DNA of 64,000 nucleotides from Verrucomicrobiota bacterium (lineage in GTDB: Bacteria > Verrucomicrobiota > Verrucomicrobiia > Opitutales > Cerasicoccaceae): NCBI GenBank assembly GCA_039818205.1, contig JBCBUK010000010.1:64001-128000 (forward strand). Direction: 5' to 3'. A program made the position numbers and the translations under genes. The notes beneath the pieces were generated by a model. It saw nothing but the letters and a program-made list of their open reading frames with translations, did not search any database and was not told where the DNA came from. Positions 10,689-20,257 of the stretch are shown piece after piece. Each line of letters begins with the position of its first letter. Positions within the stretch are counted from its first letter, which is position 1.

Positions 10689-11843
10689 TTATTTTGCTTC
10701 GTCGATTGAGGTTCCACCAGTTGCCTCTCGGGCAATCTTCTCGAATGCTTTCGAATGCTTGTCGAGGCATGTTGCCAGATCAGTTAGTGCTGTTGGCGCC
10801 GCATTGACGAGACGTCCATGGATTTCTTCGAGTTCATCGATAGCCAATAGTCCGGCTTCGTCGGCGTCAGTAGCCCCGGGCGTTGGTAACAAGCCTCCGA
10901 TTCGCCAAGTGATGTTTCGAATGAGTTCCTGAAGACGTTTTGTGATTGGATCAAAGATCAGGGTATTTGTCTGCCAGCTTGAGCATTGGGCTGAGAACCC
11001 GGCCATTTCAACCGAGAGCAACCAACAGGTCTGGCGATGCTCAAGAGAAGGAGCACCTTTTATGGCAGCATCCCAGCGTTCGAATTCGCCTAGATCTTCT
11101 TCTGAAATATCTGGCTGGGTTCCAGCGAGACTCGCTGATTCGGAAACCATGTTTTCGTAGCCCGGAATGTTTGCGGCATTACCGAGGTTCTTTGCATATT
11201 CAGCTGCGATTGCGCGCATCTTCTCGAGATCCCTGCGGCATATGGCATTGAGCGGCCAGTCGGCTTCACCGAGATTTGTGCCCTCCCAATCCTGCAATCT
11301 CGGGTGCCAACGACTGAGATAGGGGCGAACGGCGTGGTTCAGCATTCGATGACAGATCGATTCCAAGGTAATTGCGGTTTTCTGCGTGTTCGACGGAGTC
11401 GGAGGCATTTCCTTGAGCTCATCACGAACAATTTGGAAAAACTGATACAGAGAATTAAGCGCTTCGCGGATGTTCCCATCTTCATTGTTAAGGGGTTGGA
11501 TAACCGTCCGGGTTGTCATCTCATGGAAAATCCGCCGAGCAGCCGCCCGCTGCGGATTGCCGAGTTGAACCTTGGTGGCACCAAGAATCGGGATATTCAT
11601 CTCAACTTCGCTGACACCAAGAGGCGAGAGCATTTGTCGATAACCCGCTATCAATGGGCCTGCGATAAACGGTAAACTGCCCGCCAACGCGCCTAGAATT
11701 AGTATCATAAATCCGGTACTAACCCACCATTCTGTTTCGGATAGGTCGCCAGACGCAGTGTCGATTACCTTTGTGATTGCGATGAAGAGGGCGACGCCGC
11801 CTCCCAGGGCAAATCCAACAAGAAAACGTTGTATCTTTGACAT
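10689..11843 (-). CDS. Two-TM membrane protein with conserved cytoplasmic helical domain (apparently duplicated)
   Basis: Two N-terminal hydrophobic helices; AARRIFHEMTTR..REALNSLY..F..R..L..LN..VRPYLSRWHP.L..WE pattern. Confidence 0.75.
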   Translation of the reverse strand: MSKIQRFLVGFALGGGVALFIAITKVIDTASGDLSETEWWVSTGFMILILGALAGSLPFIAGPLIAGYRQMLSPLGVSEVEMNIPILGATKVQLGNPQRAAARRIFHEMTTRTVIQPLNNEDGNIREALNSLYQFFQIVRDELKEMPPTPSNTQKTAITLESICHRMLNHAVRPYLSRWHPRLQDWEGTNLGEADWPLNAICRRDLEKMRAIAAEYAKNLGNAANIPGYENMVSESASLAGTQPDISEEDLGEFERWDAAIKGAPSLEHRQTCWLLSVEMAGFSAQCSSWQTNTLIFDPITKRLQELIRNITWRIGGLLPTPGATDADEAGLLAIDELEEIHGRLVNAAPTALTDLATCLDKHSKAFEKIAREATGGTSIDEAK

Positions 11844-12244
11844 CTTAACAAATCTTGGTACCTAGAAGGTGCAATAATGTCACGATCAAAGGTGTTACAA
11901 TAATAAAACGCTAGGACCTAATTCCTAACTATTTGAATTATTAAGCTCAGGTAATTGACATCGATTTGCCTCTGGAAAACATTTAAGTGACTTCGTATTT
12001 CTTGGTAAGAATTGGTCTAATTTTTGCTAAATTATCCCTTACCTCCAAATGCGTGGTCTAGGTGCCGTTGGATGATTTCTAATTTTTAAGGTTAGGCCTT
12101 CTCTGGGCATTTTTCACCAGAATGGGTTTGCTGAGAGCGCCTAGTTTTATCGATCCGGCAAAAATTACCCAAGCCAATCGGAAAAACTTGAATATTTCTT
12201 TACAAATTATACTTACTATCAATTAACCTACTAATACTCCTGCG
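11844..12244. promoter_or_regulatory. AT-rich divergent promoter region of the TIR/SLOG/STAND locus
   Basis: Markedly AT-rich, ORF-free stretch between divergent operons; individual promoter boxes not assigned. Confidence 0.55.
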
Positions 12245-12412
12245 ATGATCTTGGACTCCAGCCATTGTTTAATGCTGATGCCGCCACCACGACTCCCGTT
12301 GGAGTACGGACTCTGTTGGGTGTCGGTTATCCTTGTTCTGGTGGCGTTCATAATGCGCCCGGTGGAATTTCTGGCATCTTTAGAAGCGGAGGACGGGTTA
12401 TCTTTTCGTTAG
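12245..12412 (+). CDS. Possible 55-aa single-TM small protein
   Basis: Hand translation MILDSSHCLMLMPPPRLPLEYGLCWVSVILVLVAFIMRPVEFLASLEAEDGLSFR*. Confidence 0.25.
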   Translation: MILDSSHCLMLMPPPRLPLEYGLCWVSVILVLVAFIMRPVEFLASLEAEDGLSFR

Positions 12413-12455
12413 GAGTATTAAAGGAACAGCCTTCACATATTGATCGAATCTAGCA

Positions 12456-13958
12456 ATGTCCGGGGACACTCCATATAGCGGTGAATCATTCAGGAATGAC
12501 GTTTTCGTTAGTTATTCGCACGGCAAAGAATTGGCTGAAAGCGGCCAATCTCATTTGAAACTGTGGTCGGATGTTCTTATTTCCAATTTAAAGGAATACA
12601 TCAGCGTGCCGCTTAGAAGTGCTGATGTTAAGATATGGAATGATGGTAAACTTCCTCCGAATTCGCCAATAACTGATACGATAAAAGAGGCGGTTGAAGG
12701 CTCAGCGATCCTCGTGGTAATCCTGACTGATTCTTACTTGCGCTCGGATTGGTGTAAGGCTGAGCGGGAATGGTTTGCATCAGAGGTAAGTCGTCGAGGA
12801 GGTGGTTCTGGTTTAGAAAGCGTGTTTGTCATTCGAGCCACAAATATCGAGCATGAGAAGTGGCCTGATTTTTTAAAAGACGAATCAGGCGAGCCGTCGC
12901 TTGGTATCAACTTTTGCGACCGGAAATCAAACTTTCCTTATGGATTTCCCGATCCGAATAAGGCCAAGGATCAGGGAGACTTTTATGCGTCACTGTCCAA
13001 TTTAGGTCCCAGTGTTGCCCGCGCGCTAGAGAAAGTAAAAAGCGAGTTTGAGAAAGCCCGCTCGGCCGCGAAACCAGCTGTCGCCAATAGGCCAATCGTA
13101 CGTACTGTCTATGTCGCGCCGGGTACTGAGGATGTCCGAGGCGCATTGAAGTCGATTCGTGAAAAGTTGACTCAGCGCGGCATCAAGGTAGCGCCTTCTG
13201 AAATGGTCGCGATTGATCAGATTCACGGACAGGTGACCAATGAAGTATTTGGGCAGGCTCGGGCATTTGTGCAATGCTTCGGTTATATGGCTGCGCGGAC
13301 ACCAGAAATGATCAGCCGTGTAGAGCGTCTACACAAGCTTGCTTGTGAACAGAATCTTCCTCGCTTTCTCTGGCGTGATTCGAAGATTGATATTGATCTG
13401 CTCAGTTACGATCTCGAGTACAAAAACTTTATCCAGCGATTAGTTCCGGACATTCAAATGGACATAGATGTTCTGGTAGAAGAGCTTTGCAGTAAACTAC
13501 AAGAAATTCAGCTCCCCGAAGATGGGGGTTTCTCCTCGACGGCTTATATGGAGATACCTTCCGAGGTTTATCATGAGTTTGATCGTTGGCGTAAAGATAT
13601 CCAGGTTCCGGATTGCGTTGTCTTTCCTCTTACACCTCCTCAGAAAGGCGGCATGAGTGAGATCTCCAAAGAGCGGCGCGCCAAGCAGTTGATTTATGAG
13701 GAGTGTAATGTGATCTTGCACCTCTACTGTGTTAAAGGCCAGTTGAAGTGGATGAGGGATTCGATCATAAATTCGGAAAAAGTAAAGACCAGGATTGACT
13801 GCCCTCAGAGTGCGCACCCGACAAATCTTATCGTCGATTATACGGATGAGACCGATACTGAATTGGTCGCTCAAACAATAGGCGTTCCGTTTTGTCGCCG
13901 AAGGGAAGGGGAGGATAGTGCTGCCCTTTTGTCCGCAATCAAGAAAGCGATTCGATGA
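12456..13958 (+). CDS. TIR domain protein (N-terminal TIR plus additional alpha/beta domains)
   Basis: DVFVSYSH, IWND, AV..SAILVVILTDSYLRSDWCKAE with catalytic-position Glu; ATGA overlap with STAND gene. Confidence 0.9.
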   Translation: MSGDTPYSGESFRNDVFVSYSHGKELAESGQSHLKLWSDVLISNLKEYISVPLRSADVKIWNDGKLPPNSPITDTIKEAVEGSAILVVILTDSYLRSDWCKAEREWFASEVSRRGGGSGLESVFVIRATNIEHEKWPDFLKDESGEPSLGINFCDRKSNFPYGFPDPNKAKDQGDFYASLSNLGPSVARALEKVKSEFEKARSAAKPAVANRPIVRTVYVAPGTEDVRGALKSIREKLTQRGIKVAPSEMVAIDQIHGQVTNEVFGQARAFVQCFGYMAARTPEMISRVERLHKLACEQNLPRFLWRDSKIDIDLLSYDLEYKNFIQRLVPDIQMDIDVLVEELCSKLQEIQLPEDGGFSSTAYMEIPSEVYHEFDRWRKDIQVPDCVVFPLTPPQKGGMSEISKERRAKQLIYEECNVILHLYCVKGQLKWMRDSIINSEKVKTRIDCPQSAHPTNLIVDYTDETDTELVAQTIGVPFCRRREGEDSAALLSAIKKAIR

Positions 13959-16900
13959 GTGGTGCGAGCAGCAAGTCTGATGGCGTGCAAGCGTCCGCTG
14001 TAATCCGCCGGAATCCGTATCCAGGGTTGCGACCGTTTCAAGTTGACGAGTGGTCGATATTTTTTGGCCGCGAGCGTATGATTGATGACGTTATCGAGCG
14101 CATGGGTGAATCTCAATATGTGGTCATTCATGGGGCCTCTGGCAGTGGTAAGTCTTCTCTTATTCGTGCTGGCGTGATTGCCCAGTTGCAGCGGGAGCAC
14201 CAGAGCCGAGGTCTTGATTGGCGACCAGCGGTGATGATGCCTGGCAGTTCGCCGATGTGGCATTTTGCCACAGCACTCTTAACCGCGCTTTCTTCTGACG
14301 ATCATGATGAACCTTGGAAGATCGCGCAGACGCGAGTTCGCCTCAGTATGGGTTCTGATGGAGTTGCGGACCTTCTACAGGAAGCGGGCTTTGGTCCGGA
14401 CCAGCGCTTGTTCATTCTCGTTGATCAGTTTGAGGAAATTTTTCGATTCGCCGATGAAGGTGGCGTTGAAGAGGCGACGGAGTTTATTGAGCTTTTGGTT
14501 GACCTTCACCGACATCCTTTGTCCGGGGTCTATCTGGCAATGACCATGCGCTCAGACCATATTGGCGAGTGTTCCCGTTTCTCTGGTCTCTCGGAAGTGG
14601 TCAACAACTGCCAATATTTGGTTCCACCAATGGAGGAACGCGAGTTGATCGAGGCCATATGCCGACCAGCATCAATCGAGTGTGGTCACGTTTCGGAAGG
14701 GCTGGCCCTAAGGCTGATCAAAGACACGCGGCATACTCCGGATCAACTGCCATTGATCCAACACGCACTGTGCTACATGTGGGCTTTGGAAGTGGATGAA
14801 GCGCCAGATCAGAACCCGACTCTTAACCTTGACGACTATGCAAGAGATCAAATCGGCTCAGTTACACATGCTCTTTCGAACCACGCCGATGAGGCATTGA
14901 AGGAGTTGGCTTCAGATGGTCGTCCAACCTTGGACGCGGCGGAGCATGTTTTTCGAGCATTGACGCAGGTAGATAGTTCTGGGCGAACCATTCGGCGGCG
15001 ACTGGGAAGAAAGAAGCTACTTGGTGAAGTTAGTTGTTCTGAGGCAGTTCTAGATCGAGTCATCAAGGTTTTTGCGGCATCCAATCGTACGTTTCTGTTT
15101 CAGGAAAAAGAAAATCCGGAGATGGATCCGAAGGTCGATATTTCCCATGAATCCTTAATTCGCCACTGGGAAAAACTAGAGGACGATTCTATTGATCCCA
15201 AGACTGGACGACCTGGCGGATGGGTGAGTCGGGAAGCTTATGATGGCGCTGTTTGGCACGGGCTGGTTGCGACGGTTACCAGTGCCCCTCGACCATCGGA
15301 AGCCCAGCTTCCAAAGATTGTTTATGAGCGTCGGCAGGAATGGTGGCATTCGCGAAATCCTAATGCCAAATGGGCGCAGCGCCATGGTGGTCATTTCGAT
15401 GAAGTTAAGGAACTACTCAGCCGAAGCCGAAAGAAAATCGAAGATGATGAGCGCCGCCAGCGAGAGACGGAGGAAGCCAAAGAAGCTGCACGCCGGAAAG
15501 CCAAGTTTTTGGCCTGGATCGCGTCGGTTTTCGCAGTAATTGCGATTGGGATGGCGATTTTTGCCGCTAAAAAGAATTTTCAATTGCGGGAGTCGCTTGT
15601 GAACGCTGAGCGCCTCGTAGTAAGTGAGCGAGCGGCGTTGGACGAAGCGAATAGAGCCAAGAATGCCGCGTATGCATCAAAGGACAAAGCGATTAAATCT
15701 GAGGAGATGGCGATCAATGCGTTGCGGAGGCAATGGCAGTTGACATTGGACAAAGCAGACGCGTTTAAGGACGATCCAGTGGTCCGTTCGCTAATCGCGC
15801 TTGAGTTCCTTCCTGACGCCAGTGTCGAGGACGATGATCGTAAGAATTATCCTAGTATTCCTAGAGTAGAACAGGAGTTGAGAGAGGCGCTGAGCGCCGA
15901 AGCTCGGGTAGCGGTGGTCTACGAGGACCAGGAATTTGCTCAGACGATCGAGTCATTGGATTTCAATTATGATGGCAGTCAGATCGCGATGGTGTCCGAT
16001 CGTGGAGAAACCGTGCGAGTTATTGATGCATCGTCCAAGGATACCATCTCGAAAATTGAGGGAGAGTTCCGCGAGTTCGAACAGGTGAAATTTGGGCCGT
16101 TTGGATCCCGCATTGCTGTTACTCGCGATTTGTCTGGGAAATGGAGTATATTCGATGCGAAATCCGGAGTTGAGGAGCAAATGCTAGATTTTGGCCCCGA
16201 TATCGATGCTCTTGCCTGGTCGCCTGATGGTGGCCAAATCGTGACCGGGTCCATCGATGGATCGCTCCGCATTTGGGATGTTGGTAAAGACGTTCCGACA
16301 TTGGATGTTAATGTTTCCAGTATTCCAATTAGTTGGGTCGAGTTTGATTCGACGGGATCCAAGATCGTCGGTGGCCTCTATGACGGAGAATTGTTTTTTT
16401 GGGATATCGAAAAATCTGAGCGACCACAGATAATTGTGTCTGGATCAAGTCGGTTAGTGGCCGGAGCCTTGCTCCCGGATGGAAATTCTATAGTAAGGTT
16501 GTCCGATAAGGGTCAGGTGGATTTGGTCGACCTGGCATCTTCCGAGGTGAAATTGGTTACCAAAATCGATTCGGTTGGTCGCTCACTTGCGGTTGCTCCC
16601 TTTGGGCGTTGGATTGCAATTGGCTGCTCGGATGGTCGGGTTAAGATCGTCGATCTTGATAATACGAATCCAGTCGAAACGACCGATACTCTAGGGCGAG
16701 AAGTTGATGCACTTTCATGGTCTGTGAAGGGAAATTCGATGGCAGCAGGGACCTACGATGGTTCGCTTGCGATAATAAGTTTTTATACTCCAGAAGAGGA
16801 AGTGAAGGGAAAGAACCTGGAGAGCATGACAACCCAAGAACTTGTTGAGTTCGCCCAGGCGTCTCTTCCTTATTGCTTTAGCGAGAATGAACGAAAGCGA

Positions 16901-19900
16901 CTAGGGCTTAGTGAAGCGGTTCCTGATTGGTGCCGTGAAGAGCGTGCCTACCCGTTTGATGCATCCGGTCGAATGGCTCGTGCATTGGGGTTGCTCCCGG
17001 GTTTCCCAAAAAAATCTCACGATCAATTCAATGATGCGCTATTCCTTGCCGGCGATGGACAAAGCCTGGACATGATTCATGCGATTAAGAAAGGGGCCAT
17101 GCTGAGGGCCCTGACTCAGCTTTCGGATGGAGCGAAAAGCCCCTCAGAATTTAACTCGAGAAAGAAGCGCCTTGATGAATTCATTCAGCTGGCAACAGAA
17201 TTGGAGTTAGCCCCGGAATCTCAACTTAAGGACGCTGAGGTCGCTTTTCTGGTTGAATCGTCTCGGAATGTCATGCGGCATGACCGAACGAACGAACCTT
17301 TGAGTAGTAAGTGGTTGGCAGATGCGCGGGCAATTGATCATTCGGGCTCCTTAGAGGCGCGTTGGCGCTTAACGCTTGATGATGCCCGAAATTTAGCGAT
17401 AGAGGAGGAGACGGACGAAGACGCCGAAGCTGGGGTGGATCCGATCGTAGAAATTCTCATTGCTCTTGAGTTCCTACCAGCTGAAAATGCAGACATTGAT
17501 TCAGTGCCCGAGATTGTAGAATCTCTCCAAAGATCACTGCTCAACCTAAGGAACCAGCCAAGCATTGAGCGAAACATTGTCCACTCATTTGATGATGAAA
17601 TTGAAATGCTCGATATTGACGCCGATGGTCGAGCTGTTGTGCATTTTCAAGACCATGATGTCTTGTATGGGAAATCGATTGATAGTGGCCAAAGCGGGGA
17701 ATACTTTAAGCTATCAGTTGGGAATTTGAGTGCGATAGAGTTTAGTCCGAATAATTCACGGCTGCTCGTCTCTTCTTATGATGGCTTTATCGAAGTGCTG
17801 GATCCGAATAGTGGCGATCGACAGATAGATCCGATTGAAGCCCATGCGAAGGTCGTTGATGCTGTTTGGCTTTCTGACACGGAGATCGTCTACGCAACTG
17901 ATGAGGCCGTTTTCATCCGAAACCTTGATGACGTTAACCGTGTCGAAAAGCTTGAGGTTTTTGAAGAGCCAGTTTTCTTAAACGTACACCCGGAATCGAA
18001 AAAGTTACTAGTTGCTTCATCTGGCATGGCAACTGTCTGGGAATTGGATGGCGCCCCGTTTTACTCAAATTTTTCCCCTGAAGGATACTTAGGCTTTCTA
18101 CATGCTGAGTGGGCTGATGATGGAAATTTCCTTATTACGGTCGACGATGGTGACAGATTTGACATATGGCAGAAGCCAGACAACAAGCGCAGAGACTCGG
18201 GCTATGTATTAAGAGAAGTTCCGTTTGAACAGAGATTTTGGGAAGTCAACGCGATCGATGTGTCACGGGATGGACGCTGGTTGGTTATTGGAAGCGAAGA
18301 TTATTATCTCGATTTCTATGATCTGAAAGAACAACGGTTTGTCGCTGAGGCGAAAGTGGATGACGCTATAGTTTTTTTAGAATGGTCAGACTCCGGTGAA
18401 AGTGTGAACTGTTCTACCAGCGATGGAAGTATCATTCGATTTGACTTCTTCACGGTTGGGCAAAACTACCAACATCAGATTGAAGAACTTGTCGCTGGTC
18501 AAAACGTAGCGTCGGATCGCTCAGGCAAGAAAGGTCCGGGTTCAAGCCTTGTCGATCTGGCACGTAATGTCGTTCCTTACTGTTTCGGAGAGTGGGACCG
18601 AGAAAGCTTGCTTCTCGATGAGGAAATTCCTGATTGGTGTATTACTTGGAAGAAGCCACCGTTTGACTTTAGGGGTAGAGTGGATAGGGCATCCGAACTT
18701 ATGAATGGAGGAGAATCGGAAGTGGCCGATGCCTTCCGAATTTTCAAGGAATTGGAGATGTCACATCCCGAATCATTTGAAGCGATTCAGAAAGAGCGAC
18801 TCGCCTCTGTGCAGAGTCGATTGTCACAGTTGTCCGGGGATGCAGATAGCTATATTCGTTTCCAAGAGAAACTTTCAAAATTGGAGGGTTTCACTGAGCA
18901 GGTTAATGCCGTGCATCCTGAAATGGAGCTCGATTTTGATTACTATCGCTTCGAGCTCGCCGAAGGTGCGGCAAAGCAGTTACTGGAATACGATCAGATC
19001 GAGGGGGCTCGACAAGCCTTTGCAATAGCACTTGGCTATCGGCCGGAGCTAAAGGATCGGATCGTGTTATCTCACGCCGAAGCGGCCCTATCTCGAGGTG
19101 AGCTTGGCGTTGCGTTGTTACTCGCGCTTGAGGTTGCTGATTCAAATCCGGATGCGAAAGAATTCCTGGCGCGTTACCTATCATTGGACGGGCCGACTCA
19201 GCGTTGGCCTATCTCAGAATCTCCAATCATTGGTATCAGCGTTGATCCTGAGAATGGAGCTTACCTTGCGTCTGGTGGTTCTGAGGTTTATCGTTGGAAC
19301 CCAGAGAGTGAAGATTCCGAATTGTTACTAGGGGACGTTTCTGACGCTGGTCGAATCGCGTTGAGCCCCGATGGTAGTCGATTTATCGTGGGGAGTAGCC
19401 TCCTTCTTCCGCGTATCTGGGATTTCCCATCGGGTGATACCTCGGCGGTGCTGGAAACAAACGCTGGAGATAGTATCGGCGCTGCTTGGTCAAGTAATGG
19501 TGAACTCATTGCGCTGTCGGACGGTTTTGATGGCGGAACGTATATCTTTAACTCGGAGTCGGGAATTGCCGAAGCAACCCTCAAGGGGGCGAATACGAGC
19601 GACTACGGTGTTTGCTTTTCGCCAGTTGATGAGAAACTCGTTTTGACCGGAGGTAGCGGGTTGCTTCAGATTTGGGACATTTCAAGTGCTAGTCCGATAT
19701 TCACGTTAGAAGTCGACGAAAACATAGAGATTTACGACGTGGACTGGTCCGTTGATGGTGATCGAATTGTATATTGCGGTGAAAATGGCACTGCCGGTCT
19801 TCTAATTAGAGACGAAAACGGCAATTGGAAGAACACCCACGAGTTCGATCATAACTCTGAAGTCGTTTTTTCAGTAGCTTTTGATTCGACTGGCGAGCTT

Positions 19901-20215
19901 TTCGCTACTGGTAGTGAGAATGGAATTATGGTTTGGGATACAACGAGCGGAGATTTGATTCGGCGATTGGTCGATACTCAGCTTGATCCGGATGATGAAG
20001 AAGCGGTTCCGATTGTCGTAAAATGGGCGTCGGATGGTAACATCTATGCGGGAATGGCCAGTGGAAATCTGTTAGTGTTTAATGGGCACGGACTGGATTC
20101 TACTGATGAGGCAGAAAGTGTTGTTGAACGTGCTCGCGATCGTGTTGAACGGGAACTGACAGAAGAGGAGCGTTGGCTCTACAACCTTACCGAAAAACAG
20201 CCAGGTAAGTCTTGA
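13955..20215 (+). CDS. nSTAND1-type STAND NTPase with TM helix and three WD40 beta-propeller modules (NLR-like)
   Basis: NPYPGLRPF..FFGRE, Walker A GASGSGKSS, Walker B ILVDQFEEIF, MRSD, LPLIQHAL, ISHESLIRHW; TM at about 15506-15568; repeated WSPDG/FSP..LV.GS.DG...WD. Confidence 0.92.
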   Translation: MSGASSKSDGVQASAVIRRNPYPGLRPFQVDEWSIFFGRERMIDDVIERMGESQYVVIHGASGSGKSSLIRAGVIAQLQREHQSRGLDWRPAVMMPGSSPMWHFATALLTALSSDDHDEPWKIAQTRVRLSMGSDGVADLLQEAGFGPDQRLFILVDQFEEIFRFADEGGVEEATEFIELLVDLHRHPLSGVYLAMTMRSDHIGECSRFSGLSEVVNNCQYLVPPMEERELIEAICRPASIECGHVSEGLALRLIKDTRHTPDQLPLIQHALCYMWALEVDEAPDQNPTLNLDDYARDQIGSVTHALSNHADEALKELASDGRPTLDAAEHVFRALTQVDSSGRTIRRRLGRKKLLGEVSCSEAVLDRVIKVFAASNRTFLFQEKENPEMDPKVDISHESLIRHWEKLEDDSIDPKTGRPGGWVSREAYDGAVWHGLVATVTSAPRPSEAQLPKIVYERRQEWWHSRNPNAKWAQRHGGHFDEVKELLSRSRKKIEDDERRQRETEEAKEAARRKAKFLAWIASVFAVIAIGMAIFAAKKNFQLRESLVNAERLVVSERAALDEANRAKNAAYASKDKAIKSEEMAINALRRQWQLTLDKADAFKDDPVVRSLIALEFLPDASVEDDDRKNYPSIPRVEQELREALSAEARVAVVYEDQEFAQTIESLDFNYDGSQIAMVSDRGETVRVIDASSKDTISKIEGEFREFEQVKFGPFGSRIAVTRDLSGKWSIFDAKSGVEEQMLDFGPDIDALAWSPDGGQIVTGSIDGSLRIWDVGKDVPTLDVNVSSIPISWVEFDSTGSKIVGGLYDGELFFWDIEKSERPQIIVSGSSRLVAGALLPDGNSIVRLSDKGQVDLVDLASSEVKLVTKIDSVGRSLAVAPFGRWIAIGCSDGRVKIVDLDNTNPVETTDTLGREVDALSWSVKGNSMAAGTYDGSLAIISFYTPEEEVKGKNLESMTTQELVEFAQASLPYCFSENERKRLGLSEAVPDWCREERAYPFDASGRMARALGLLPGFPKKSHDQFNDALFLAGDGQSLDMIHAIKKGAMLRALTQLSDGAKSPSEFNSRKKRLDEFIQLATELELAPESQLKDAEVAFLVESSRNVMRHDRTNEPLSSKWLADARAIDHSGSLEARWRLTLDDARNLAIEEETDEDAEAGVDPIVEILIALEFLPAENADIDSVPEIVESLQRSLLNLRNQPSIERNIVHSFDDEIEMLDIDADGRAVVHFQDHDVLYGKSIDSGQSGEYFKLSVGNLSAIEFSPNNSRLLVSSYDGFIEVLDPNSGDRQIDPIEAHAKVVDAVWLSDTEIVYATDEAVFIRNLDDVNRVEKLEVFEEPVFLNVHPESKKLLVASSGMATVWELDGAPFYSNFSPEGYLGFLHAEWADDGNFLITVDDGDRFDIWQKPDNKRRDSGYVLREVPFEQRFWEVNAIDVSRDGRWLVIGSEDYYLDFYDLKEQRFVAEAKVDDAIVFLEWSDSGESVNCSTSDGSIIRFDFFTVGQNYQHQIEELVAGQNVASDRSGKKGPGSSLVDLARNVVPYCFGEWDRESLLLDEEIPDWCITWKKPPFDFRGRVDRASELMNGGESEVADAFRIFKELEMSHPESFEAIQKERLASVQSRLSQLSGDADSYIRFQEKLSKLEGFTEQVNAVHPEMELDFDYYRFELAEGAAKQLLEYDQIEGARQAFAIALGYRPELKDRIVLSHAEAALSRGELGVALLLALEVADSNPDAKEFLARYLSLDGPTQRWPISESPIIGISVDPENGAYLASGGSEVYRWNPESEDSELLLGDVSDAGRIALSPDGSRFIVGSSLLLPRIWDFPSGDTSAVLETNAGDSIGAAWSSNGELIALSDGFDGGTYIFNSESGIAEATLKGANTSDYGVCFSPVDEKLVLTGGSGLLQIWDISSASPIFTLEVDENIEIYDVDWSVDGDRIVYCGENGTAGLLIRDENGNWKNTHEFDHNSEVVFSVAFDSTGELFATGSENGIMVWDTTSGDLIRRLVDTQLDPDDEEAVPIVVKWASDGNIYAGMASGNLLVFNGHGLDSTDEAESVVERARDRVERELTEEERWLYNLTEKQPGKS

Positions 20216-20257
20216 AGACTTTTAGCCTGGCTGTCTAAAGGGATCTGATCGGGCTGG

